From Euryarchaeota archaeon TMED99 (GTDB taxonomy: Archaea > Thermoplasmatota > Poseidoniia > Poseidoniales > Poseidoniaceae): a DNA stretch of 64,000 nucleotides. Location of the stretch: positions 7,084-71,083 of the forward strand of contig NHFA02000025.1 of NCBI GenBank assembly GCA_002170315.2. The letters are read 5' to 3'. The notes under the pieces were generated by a model. That model did no database searches. It saw only the letters and a program-made list of their open reading frames with translations, and was not told where the DNA came from. A program made the position numbers and the translations under genes. Below, piece after piece: positions 54,701-62,118 of the stretch; position 1 is the stretch's first letter, and every line of letters starts with the position of its first letter.

Positions 54701-57695
54701 CAACAATATTGGTATTGTTCAAGACCTTGATGACGGAACCTCTGGCCAGACTGTCAATGTTGTTGGTTCAGTTCGACTTCAAGATTTGTCTATCTCGCCA
54801 AACCCAAGTGGTTATTTCATGGTCCTTGAACAAAAGAGCATCAACAACACCGGTGGAAATATCACCATTGAATGGAACCAAGTAGCGAACCAATCCGGTA
54901 CTCCTAACGGAGATTTCAATTGGGACATTGACCTTGGAATGGCCGCAGGTCAAGACACCTACAGATTCCGTCTTGATGGCTATGAAGGTGGCGACACCTT
55001 GTGTCCTGCTGCTGAATACCGCCCTGACAGTTCGTGTGGTATTCCGTTCAATCTTTCAATCGACACACTTGACCCGAATTTGATGAGCGTTCGAATTCTG
55101 AATGGACAAGTTGACCCATCTCTTGACAGTAACTGGCGTGTTATGGTTGACGATACATGGGTTGTTCCTTCATCGAACCCGACCTCTACTGGTGATCAAT
55201 CGGTTCGAATCAATGCCAGTGATTTGCCAAACCCTCCTGAAGAACTCGACCTGAAGGTTTGGGTTCAATACGACCATGATACGAATTCCAACGGTCAACC
55301 TGAAGCAGACGAATACATCACAGTCACTGCTTACAGCGACGGTGCTGCACCATATGCAAATTATACCGCATCCTTTAATGACAATGCAAACGTTGGTCAA
55401 GACCCTGTTGGGAAGGTTAGCGTTTGGATTGAAGGATACGACAAGGCAGGAAACCCGATTAACGGCGGAGCACCTGGATTTGAAAATGATTATTTCACCT
55501 ATGTTTCAATGAACTCGAAATCTCCAGTCGTTCGTAATTTCTTCATCGATGACTCTCAAGATAATCGATTCTTGAAATCCAATCAACAACAATACAACGG
55601 AAAATGGAACCACACAATGTATGCTGGAAACGTATACCACCTTATTGTCGAAGCAAACGATGACAATGGATGGCGAGACATCGACTATTTCCGCATTGAT
55701 TTAGCTGATGACCGAGATGACATGACCGTCTATTATTATCCAAGAAACGAAACTGCGTGGACCAACAGTCCTTACATCGAAATCATTCCTGAAGATGGTG
55801 ATTTCAAGGGGCCACAGGTGCTTCGAATGAGCGGAAATGTTCTCATTGATCCGTTTGAATCAGATTTCTACTTGGATTTGCCAATACGCATGACTTGGGG
55901 TCTGCCTGGCGCTACAACTTCACTCAACAATCCAGTCTTGTATATGCAAGACCTTGATAATCCACGATACAGAATGCTACCTGCTCCTGGACGTCACATT
56001 CAAGACTGGCACTACAGCGACGGCATCCAACTTGATTATCGTGCAGATACGGTCAATAACCAAATGATTACACCAATTTTCACTGACCTCATGGAAACAC
56101 CTGGGTTGACCGAAGATGTAAGAAGCGGATTTGTTTATCCAGGAGACATTGTTTCATTCCAAGGTCAGTATGCTTATCTGGATGGAATCCTGAATGAAGT
56201 TTACATTACTCCCGAAATTGAATTGACACTTGAACTCACTCGGCAAAATGCTGACCCTGATGGTGCAAAAGGATATTTTGCGTATCCTGGAGAAGTCACT
56301 TACCACACCTTTACCGGTGGAGTGTTTGATATCAACATCACCGTTCCTATTAATACGAATGATTACACTTACACCTTCCGTTTGTGCCCTTATGATGCAA
56401 CCGGTGGAGCCGGTGGATCAAACGGCGAGTGTGGGAATGGCATTGAAGGATTACCATTCGGTGCGGTCGATACAACATCTGCTATCTGTGCATCAGGAGC
56501 ATCGTATGGGTGTCAAAGTTTCAATTTGAAGGTCGATGGAACCCAGCCTGTTGTTGTTCTCGATTCTTGGACGGTTAAGGATTCAAACGAAGAAACGCTT
56601 GCGAATTTCATTCCTACATCGTCATACCATTGCGTTGACGTTGAAGTCATTATTCGTGAACAACAAGCCTTGTTCCAAGGCGATGTTTCAGTTGCATGGA
56701 GTTTCTACAACGGGCCGAATCCAGACACAGATATTTGGGCAGTCTATCGAAATACGTTTGGACCTGAACCACAGTCTCAGGAACTCACAATTACACCCAG
56801 TGGTACTTCGTACTTCGCATCTGCAGAATGTATAGACCTGTGGCCGATTACTGAAGGTCAGTCCGAACCTCAAGCAGCCCAAATCACGGGTACTGATATT
56901 GTCTTCTGGCTTGTCGCTACAGACTCTGCGGGCTCTCAAGCCCTTGATGGCGGCAGTCCTGCTCAACCAATTCCTGGCACTACTGCAGAACATAAATCGA
57001 CGTATGAATTGATTTTCGAAGAAGCTTCCTTTGCAATTACAGATGTCGTAATGCGACCTGCAAAACCTGAAGTCGGCCAAGACATGGATTTGGAAATCAA
57101 AGTTCTGAATGACGGTACAATGGATGGTTCAACAGTTCTCAACATTCGCTCGGTCATCAATGAAGGCGTTCCTGTGTTTGAAGGCAATGTTTCGACCGGT
57201 GAAATTCCTGTTGGCCAATCCGCTTGGATTACTGTTACGCTTCAGCAATTTGATTTAGCGACCACTGGAATGTATTACCTCATTTCAGATGACGCCACGA
57301 ACGATATACTGTATAATGGTTCAAACCTTGGTGAAAAGTTCAATGTTAAGGTAGAGAGTCAGTCCTCAGATTCAAGTGGGTTATTCTTGATTCTCGCTAT
57401 ACTTGGAATCGCAGTGGCCGTTTTGGGTACGTTGGTCTTTGTTTTGATTCGACGTGGAAATGACGGTGATATGTTTGAAGACTATGAAGATGAAGACACC
57501 AAAGCATATGCAGAGTTACCAGGTCAATCGAAGCCACTTTCCGGGCCACCTCAAGCAGCACCTGCAGCGAATGTCTCGCCAGAAATGGCACGGGCTATGG
57601 AAACGTTCCCTCAATGGACTCAAGATGAAATCCAAGGTTACTTTGACCAAGGGTGGAGTATTGAAGCGCTACAAGATTGGGTTAACAGCCAGTGA
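51777..57695 (+). CDS. Giant cell-surface protein (1972 aa): signal peptide, repeated beta-rich modules, CARDB-like domain, TM anchor, acidic/Trp-rich tail
   Basis: The signal peptide is MTQNNRQLKTPLFLVFLMVLAPFAAAA, starting at ATG 51777 after AGGTGAG. The sequence is Asn/Ser/Thr/Asp-rich. A CARDB-like segment is VGQDMDLEIKVLNDGTMDGSTVLNIRS. The TM is LFLILAILGIAVAVLGTLVFVLI, and the tail ends in WTQDEIQGYFDQGWSIEALQDWVNSQ. Confidence 0.85.
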   Translation: MTQNNRQLKTPLFLVFLMVLAPFAAAANVTTFGNGNSTTDIELRDGTAFVDVNSGTIDLPASETVTSASMDISTSMVEHSAHTRVDIETMPRVWNPMFNNQLTKFSNASHFIYEEGSNAVPVKLKAEGFLTDFEETSAGFLDHRAFAQNQFGWDHGPIDATTVPPNSNIPDCSSGDYCWGTGLTDDDYSNEWAGQNGITYRMTSASIFVDSSLKNHMAFFDSWHDLDMQTGQGTNPPVYYRDCAYMEIRSSFNDDFVDNDPAGFAPIDIDLSNSSGVGYGNGYYARGSGSTGAGQIDARCQGLAQGDYGLAGSSTSVSNPTGWANIAIDLIQYVGQYVQFRFIMEDNNIGGTDGGKAGWYIDNFRVGDPLPQSADMSINGFLPSASSGENQPNGFGIVTLESETTSSATISVEVLDSATGQVIVDRNGKTMTNLQGKIIELWDISSTDHPSIDFKLTFDSGPSRLSSPVFHGFSIGTRVGTGFNQTTGMMMDIVDGVWETPGNGQPMMYTPLVTDTTYSPVLERSNFDRPITRITPMIQDDCSEVPDLSIIGYGGEGLIEIESGTEYILPEPLFGFTSLLSYQNPCNVGGIWFDLTFGHHTEHVQLDVAADGQADWGFEEPAFGGFGRQTTFLQSKIDGINYGQASSTLTIDSSGVAEGAMFMLPKGAEVTSVDFALDQVGIHSTSDPVEGFDLSLLSGTQEVILGSVENSTLLFPELLSESMDLKDPLNSLLSNALVPTSHYDAYGNEWQTFRMKATSSNASTGAQMVVRDLDIVYNYTNSLGSSDGLDRELNKGIALWDGGSTAEVKMKISGSLGGGVHLSNLQVSTSSGYDNSISLVGNPIGLYPNGGIYEIVTTHAVSSLTGASLSEATLTFESKTGDVVLSSIGGLFSESSDPLDLISLESSSVSPISDGEQITWRFIVNSNWEDTDEVRIYSGLIASNGVNGLPDATLLAPAGGNAVENDAVITSFQVLNNIGIVQDLDDGTSGQTVNVVGSVRLQDLSISPNPSGYFMVLEQKSINNTGGNITIEWNQVANQSGTPNGDFNWDIDLGMAAGQDTYRFRLDGYEGGDTLCPAAEYRPDSSCGIPFNLSIDTLDPNLMSVRILNGQVDPSLDSNWRVMVDDTWVVPSSNPTSTGDQSVRINASDLPNPPEELDLKVWVQYDHDTNSNGQPEADEYITVTAYSDGAAPYANYTASFNDNANVGQDPVGKVSVWIEGYDKAGNPINGGAPGFENDYFTYVSMNSKSPVVRNFFIDDSQDNRFLKSNQQQYNGKWNHTMYAGNVYHLIVEANDDNGWRDIDYFRIDLADDRDDMTVYYYPRNETAWTNSPYIEIIPEDGDFKGPQVLRMSGNVLIDPFESDFYLDLPIRMTWGLPGATTSLNNPVLYMQDLDNPRYRMLPAPGRHIQDWHYSDGIQLDYRADTVNNQMITPIFTDLMETPGLTEDVRSGFVYPGDIVSFQGQYAYLDGILNEVYITPEIELTLELTRQNADPDGAKGYFAYPGEVTYHTFTGGVFDINITVPINTNDYTYTFRLCPYDATGGAGGSNGECGNGIEGLPFGAVDTTSAICASGASYGCQSFNLKVDGTQPVVVLDSWTVKDSNEETLANFIPTSSYHCVDVEVIIREQQALFQGDVSVAWSFYNGPNPDTDIWAVYRNTFGPEPQSQELTITPSGTSYFASAECIDLWPITEGQSEPQAAQITGTDIVFWLVATDSAGSQALDGGSPAQPIPGTTAEHKSTYELIFEEASFAITDVVMRPAKPEVGQDMDLEIKVLNDGTMDGSTVLNIRSVINEGVPVFEGNVSTGEIPVGQSAWITVTLQQFDLATTGMYYLISDDATNDILYNGSNLGEKFNVKVESQSSDSSGLFLILAILGIAVAVLGTLVFVLIRRGNDGDMFEDYEDEDTKAYAELPGQSKPLSGPPQAAPAANVSPEMARAMETFPQWTQDEIQGYFDQGWSIEALQDWVNSQ

Positions 57696-58513
57696 GCGTG
57701 AAGCGTGTGCCCGCTCGACTCGATTGGGCCGACCAAGTCTGGGAAGACCCAGAAGGTGGCCGGATTTTGCTTCATGGGGTTTTGCCTACCATCGTTTACC
57801 CTCGTTTGATGCGGCCTCGTGAATCTTGGAATGGTCTAGCGTTGCTCGAATCACCAGATGTCGTTGATTTATGGCTTCAAGAAGAAAAAGATGAAGCGGA
57901 ATCTCCAGGAATCAATCTTTCACACGGTATGATCTCAGGCGGAGCTTTTGGAATTTTTTTGGATGAAGTTTCTATGGTCGAGGAAGTGACAAGTGGTCGA
58001 TTCCCCGACCCTGAACCTCGCCGATTACACCGAAATGCGGTCCGCCATGAACGCCCTGTGTTCTTCATTGAACCTACCGCTGATGATGAAGAATGGAATA
58101 AGCACTTAACTCGAGAAGCTAAAGCAGCCTCTCACTGGAAAAAATTGCTTGGAATGGTTTCTATTGGCGGGAAATGGAGAAAACGCGTGAAAAAGAATAT
58201 TTTTGATGCACAAAAGCCTCCTAAGGGCGTTTCCAGTAACTTCGGTTCTGCAGCAGTCCTCTCTGCCACTTGGTGGGATTTGAGCGAATGGTTAGTTGGC
58301 CCCGAAGTCTGCCAATCTCGCAATCAGCGTTACGCAGAACGATTACGTGGGGCACTGGCTACTCTTCGAGAACACTTTGGGGCAGATGCAGTCTTACTTT
58401 TGCCGCTCTACTTACCTCATCGAAATGATATACTTGAGGCATTGAACACTCTTCCCAAACAAGAGAAGATTAGTTTAAACACCACGTCACCCGATACTTT
58501 AGAGGAGGAATGA
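57692..58513 (+). CDS. Hypothetical protein (273 aa), translationally coupled to the giant surface-protein gene
   Basis: The GTG start overlaps the TGA of the upstream gene (GTGA). The composition is soluble and charged. I recognise no motif. Confidence 0.5.
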   Translation: MSVKRVPARLDWADQVWEDPEGGRILLHGVLPTIVYPRLMRPRESWNGLALLESPDVVDLWLQEEKDEAESPGINLSHGMISGGAFGIFLDEVSMVEEVTSGRFPDPEPRRLHRNAVRHERPVFFIEPTADDEEWNKHLTREAKAASHWKKLLGMVSIGGKWRKRVKKNIFDAQKPPKGVSSNFGSAAVLSATWWDLSEWLVGPEVCQSRNQRYAERLRGALATLREHFGADAVLLLPLYLPHRNDILEALNTLPKQEKISLNTTSPDTLEEE

Positions 58514-59049
58514 GTATGTCTGCAACAGCCATCGAAGTTCGAATTGAAAATCACCTGGTTCGCTTCACTCCTCCTGCCCCTATTGACAAACAGGCAGTCA
58601 TTTCTCAACTGGGCGGTCAAGAAACCAGTGGCGTGGTTATCAAAGTCCTTGACAAACCACGTGCTACCTTGGTCATTGATTCGGAAGGCCGAATCACTGT
58701 TCATGGAACTCACCGTGTTGAAGCTGCTCGAGCCGCTGCAAAGGAATTAATGCTTAGATTAGGTCTAAGTGATACGGGTCTTGAAACAGAACTCGGGCCT
58801 GTAGTAGCCTCTTTTGACTTTGGTCAATCAATAAACATCACTCAATTATCCGGTTCGTATCGTGCAGGAAGCGCAGTGTATGATGAGCGTCTTGGATGCA
58901 GCATCATTGAAGATTCACGTCATAATCTCACCTTACATGTTTGGCCGAATGGACGATGCATTGTTCCGAATGCTCGTCATCAAAACATTGTTGCAATGGC
59001 TGCTGTCTATTGGAGAACTCAATTAAAAGATGATAATCTCTTCATCTAG
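58510..59049 (+). CDS. tbp: TATA-box-binding protein (TBP) family, divergent
   Basis: It has the two-repeat architecture at the right size (about 180 aa). Repeat 2 begins VVASFDFGQSINITQLSG (compare N-I-V-A-S-x-D-L-G-x-x-I-x-L). Both repeats have the beta-strand then helix ending (ATLVIDSEGRITVHGTHRVEAARAAAKEL; LTLHVWPNGRCIVPNARHQNIVAMAAVYW). The ATG overlaps the upstream TGA; an alternative ATG 58516 lies 7 nt after GGAGG. Confidence 0.6.
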   Translation: MSMSATAIEVRIENHLVRFTPPAPIDKQAVISQLGGQETSGVVIKVLDKPRATLVIDSEGRITVHGTHRVEAARAAAKELMLRLGLSDTGLETELGPVVASFDFGQSINITQLSGSYRAGSAVYDERLGCSIIEDSRHNLTLHVWPNGRCIVPNARHQNIVAMAAVYWRTQLKDDNLFI

Positions 59050-59127
59050 ACTCCAAATGCTCTTTCTTGTTCCTTTTTCCCCCATGTGTTGAAATCGCAT
59101 GAACTCCAGCAATCATCGAGGGTCGCT

Positions 59128-60015
59128 ATGAAAGATGATGTCGAATGGTCCGGGCCGATTCTCGATAACCACTTTCATTTGAATCGTAATGGCCGCTTCC
59201 TCGAAGCCGCTCATGATTTCAAAAACGTTGGCGGCACTGATATTGTATTGGTCCATTGTCCCGATTTCTCATCCCCACCCACGACCAAAGAAGGCCATAC
59301 TGAATCCTACGCAGATACTGTGAAAATGGCTGAAGAAGTTCGCAAAAATGTTGGTCTTGGTGTTCGTGTTGTTCTTGGCCCCCACCCCGCAGCTTTTGCT
59401 CATCAATTCGCCGCTTGGATTGAAGAATCAGGAGAACAAGGAGCAGAACGTGCTGTAGAGAACTACCATCACAGTATTTCTACCGCAATGGATTTCATTC
59501 ACGAGGGAAAAGCCCACGCACTTGGGGAGGTTGGAAGGCCGCACTGGCCGGTAAGCGAACGCATTTGGGAATTATCCAATACACTGCTTTTGGAAACAAT
59601 GCACTTAGCCCAACAAGAAGGCGTTGCCTTACAATTACATGTTGAAGGTGAACTTGAAACGACCTATCGTGATATGGCTTCAATGGCACAAAAGGCGGGA
59701 TTAGCCGCGAATCGCCTTGTCCGACATTATGCTCCTGCTAATATCTCTCAACACGTGACTCAGGGCGTCACTCCGAGTGTCCTCATTGGAAAAGGAGCCA
59801 TCGAGGAATTGATGGCGACAGTCAACTCATGTTCTCATGGTTTCTTTTTAGAGACCGATTATATGGATGATTTACGTCGACCAGGTGCAGTTTTGGGTCC
59901 AAAAACAGTTCCGAAGCGAACCAAGCAATTACTTGATGCAGGTTTGGATGAAAAATACCTTTGGAAGGCTCATCAAGAACTTGCAGAAGAATTGTATGGG
60001 CCCAGTATTTCTTGA
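59128..60015 (+). CDS. TatD-related metal-dependent hydrolase (archaeal type)
   Basis: The amidohydrolase-fold metal ligand pattern is ILDNHFHL (HxH), ALGEVGRPHW, LQLHVEG, VRHYAP and FLETDYMDD. ATG 59128 lies 4 nt after GAGGGT. Confidence 0.7.
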   Translation: MKDDVEWSGPILDNHFHLNRNGRFLEAAHDFKNVGGTDIVLVHCPDFSSPPTTKEGHTESYADTVKMAEEVRKNVGLGVRVVLGPHPAAFAHQFAAWIEESGEQGAERAVENYHHSISTAMDFIHEGKAHALGEVGRPHWPVSERIWELSNTLLLETMHLAQQEGVALQLHVEGELETTYRDMASMAQKAGLAANRLVRHYAPANISQHVTQGVTPSVLIGKGAIEELMATVNSCSHGFFLETDYMDDLRRPGAVLGPKTVPKRTKQLLDAGLDEKYLWKAHQELAEELYGPSIS

Positions 60016-60090
60016 TGCGACTCAAGGTTTCACCTACCAAATATCCATCACCTTCATGTGTGAAAGCACATACCGGTCACTGTGGCAAGT

Positions 60091-61200
60091 ATGCGGAAGT
60101 CATTGATTCTCGGACTTGTTCTAAGTCTCTTTCTTGCTCCATGCATGATTCTTCCTGCCTCAGCGCAGGACTCGCCACTCCCTGCAGTTGAGTTGAATTG
60201 CGGTTCTGACCCCGTTATGGACGTCCACCCAACTTCGGATGCCGAGGCTACATTGGTTTGTACTGTGACTAATCCTACCTCAGCGAGTGAAGAGATCAGT
60301 ATTACCACATTAGAATGGGATGGCGTCTTAGTCGAAATGACCTTGAGTGAAGATTCCTTTACCCTCGCTGCTGGAGAGGAAGATACCTTTGAGATTCTTT
60401 TCATCGGGCAAACCAAGATACCTGCAACAATTCAATATTCCTTTGAGATTGAAGCCAAAGTCGAGTCATGGAATAATCTCCCGTATGGGCAGTTGCCAGA
60501 TGGCCCTTGGGTTGTGAATACATCTCACATTGGAGATTTGAATATTGAAAGTTACGGAATGGTTGAATTGTTACTTTCCGATGTGACCACACGGTATATG
60601 GAACTCAGCAGCGAAGTTGAGTTTAGTTTTCAAGTGACGAACAAAGGTAATGCGGATGATAAACTCGAGGTTGTCTTTGCAAACGCTGCTGACCTTGAAG
60701 CCGCAGGTTTCACTTTTCCTGGTGGAACCTATGTGAGCGAAAATGTACCCTATCAAGGAACTTCGGGAGTCAAGACACTCTCTATTCGAGCACCTTCTGA
60801 TGTCAGTTCCGACCTCCGCATGCCTCTGCTCATTCGTGCCCAAAGTGGAGATGACGATTCTGCTGAATTCAGTGAAATAAACATCCAACTCGACATCAAA
60901 GCAGCCAGCAGTTCAGGTGGAATCGATGGCTTAGATTCATTGAGTTCTGATGATACTCTACTGTATGTTTCTATTGCTGGCGGCTCGATTCTTGTCATAC
61001 TTTTAATCGTAGTTTTCATTCGAGTTGTTACCAAAAGAAAACCAAAAACCAACGATGTTCCTCAGGTGACTCAACCAATCATTCTACCCGATGAGCCTAG
61101 CGAAGTCTCAGGTGGTGAAGATTTTGATGATTTCTTTTCTGATTTGGACCAAGAACCATCGTCGGCTGATGAATTTGATGATTTATTCGATGATTTGTAA
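60091..61200 (+). CDS. Cell-surface protein (369 aa) with signal peptide, CARDB/NEW-like beta modules, TM anchor and acidic Phe/Asp tail
   Basis: The signal peptide is MRKSLILGLVLSLFLAPCMILPASAQ. The modules resemble FSFQVTNKGNADDKLEVVF. The TM is LLYVSIAGGSILVILLIVVFI, and the tail ends in GGEDFDDFFSDLDQEPSSADEFDDLFDDL. Confidence 0.75.
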   Translation: MRKSLILGLVLSLFLAPCMILPASAQDSPLPAVELNCGSDPVMDVHPTSDAEATLVCTVTNPTSASEEISITTLEWDGVLVEMTLSEDSFTLAAGEEDTFEILFIGQTKIPATIQYSFEIEAKVESWNNLPYGQLPDGPWVVNTSHIGDLNIESYGMVELLLSDVTTRYMELSSEVEFSFQVTNKGNADDKLEVVFANAADLEAAGFTFPGGTYVSENVPYQGTSGVKTLSIRAPSDVSSDLRMPLLIRAQSGDDDSAEFSEINIQLDIKAASSSGGIDGLDSLSSDDTLLYVSIAGGSILVILLIVVFIRVVTKRKPKTNDVPQVTQPIILPDEPSEVSGGEDFDDFFSDLDQEPSSADEFDDLFDDL

Positions 61201-61288
61201 CCTCCTCGGCTTTCAAAAGAGGGTCGCTGAACCACTGTTTTCTTCCTTCCAACAGAGGCAACAGTCATAGGTTGAGTGTTACGGCCAA

Positions 61289-61309
61289 CACCTACCCATT
61301 GGGTAGGTG
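61289..61309 (+). promoter_or_regulatory. Perfect 9-bp hairpin with a 3-nt loop that contains the fabI Shine-Dalgarno in its 3' arm
   Basis: The structure is CACCTACCC-ATT-GGGTAGGTG, followed by CTTTT and then ATG 61315. The AGGTG at 61305..61309 is the only SD-like element for fabI. Confidence 0.5.
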
Positions 61310-61314
61310 CTTTT

Positions 61315-62109
61315 ATGCTCAAATTACAAGGAAAGACAGCCTTCGTATTCGGAGTCGCCAGTGAGGATTCGATTGCATGGGCAATTTGCGAGCAATTGGC
61401 CGCAGCTGGAGTGACACTTTACCTCGGCTACCAGAAGCGTTTCATGAGTCGAATATTCCAATTGAAAGACAAGTTGCCTCAAATTGGGGGGTTCTATCCT
61501 CTTGATGTAGAAGAAGACGCCACGACCAGAGAATTTTTTGAAGCATTTGAGAAAGAACACCCTGGTAAGAAAGCAGACATTCTGGTTCATGCTATTGGTT
61601 TCGCACCTCGTGCTTGTTTCGACCGGCCAATACTTTTTGTTGAAGACAGCGACATCAATACCGCTATGACGATTTCAGCGAATTCTCTGCAACGGTGCTT
61701 GAAACATGCATTGCCTTATCTCAACCCAGGCTCTTCGACGATTACACTTACGTATGCGGCAGCAAATCGGTTTGTTCCGAATTATGGAATCATGTCGATG
61801 GCCAAAGCCGCTCTTGAATGCTGGACACGAGAACTGGCGTGCCATCTTGGCCCTGAAGGCCATCGAATCAATGCAATCTCCTCTGGTCCTATCCGGACCA
61901 TTGCTGCAAGCGGTGTGCCAGGTTTTGACAATATTCTCGACCATGTAGAAGCGAACTCTCCACTTCGAAGAAACGTCAGCCAGGAAGATGTTGCAGGAAC
62001 AGCATTATGGCTTGCAAGTTCGCTTTCAAGTGGCGTGACAGGCCAATGTATCTATGTTGATGGTGGTTATTCGATTACGATGGTGCCTCAGAGCATCATG
62101 AATGAATGA
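61315..62109 (+). CDS. fabI: Enoyl-[acyl-carrier-protein] reductase (NADH), FabI type
   Basis: GKTAFVFGVASEDSIAWAICEQLAAAGVTLYLGY and NYGIMSMAKAALECWTRELACHLGPEGHRINAISSGPIRTIAASG are the FabI SDR signatures (Y-x6-K). ATG 61315 lies 5 nt after AGGTG; the listed ORF starts at GTG 61276. Confidence 0.88.
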   Translation: MLKLQGKTAFVFGVASEDSIAWAICEQLAAAGVTLYLGYQKRFMSRIFQLKDKLPQIGGFYPLDVEEDATTREFFEAFEKEHPGKKADILVHAIGFAPRACFDRPILFVEDSDINTAMTISANSLQRCLKHALPYLNPGSSTITLTYAAANRFVPNYGIMSMAKAALECWTRELACHLGPEGHRINAISSGPIRTIAASGVPGFDNILDHVEANSPLRRNVSQEDVAGTALWLASSLSSGVTGQCIYVDGGYSITMVPQSIMNE

Positions 62110-62118
62110 GGTGAATAT

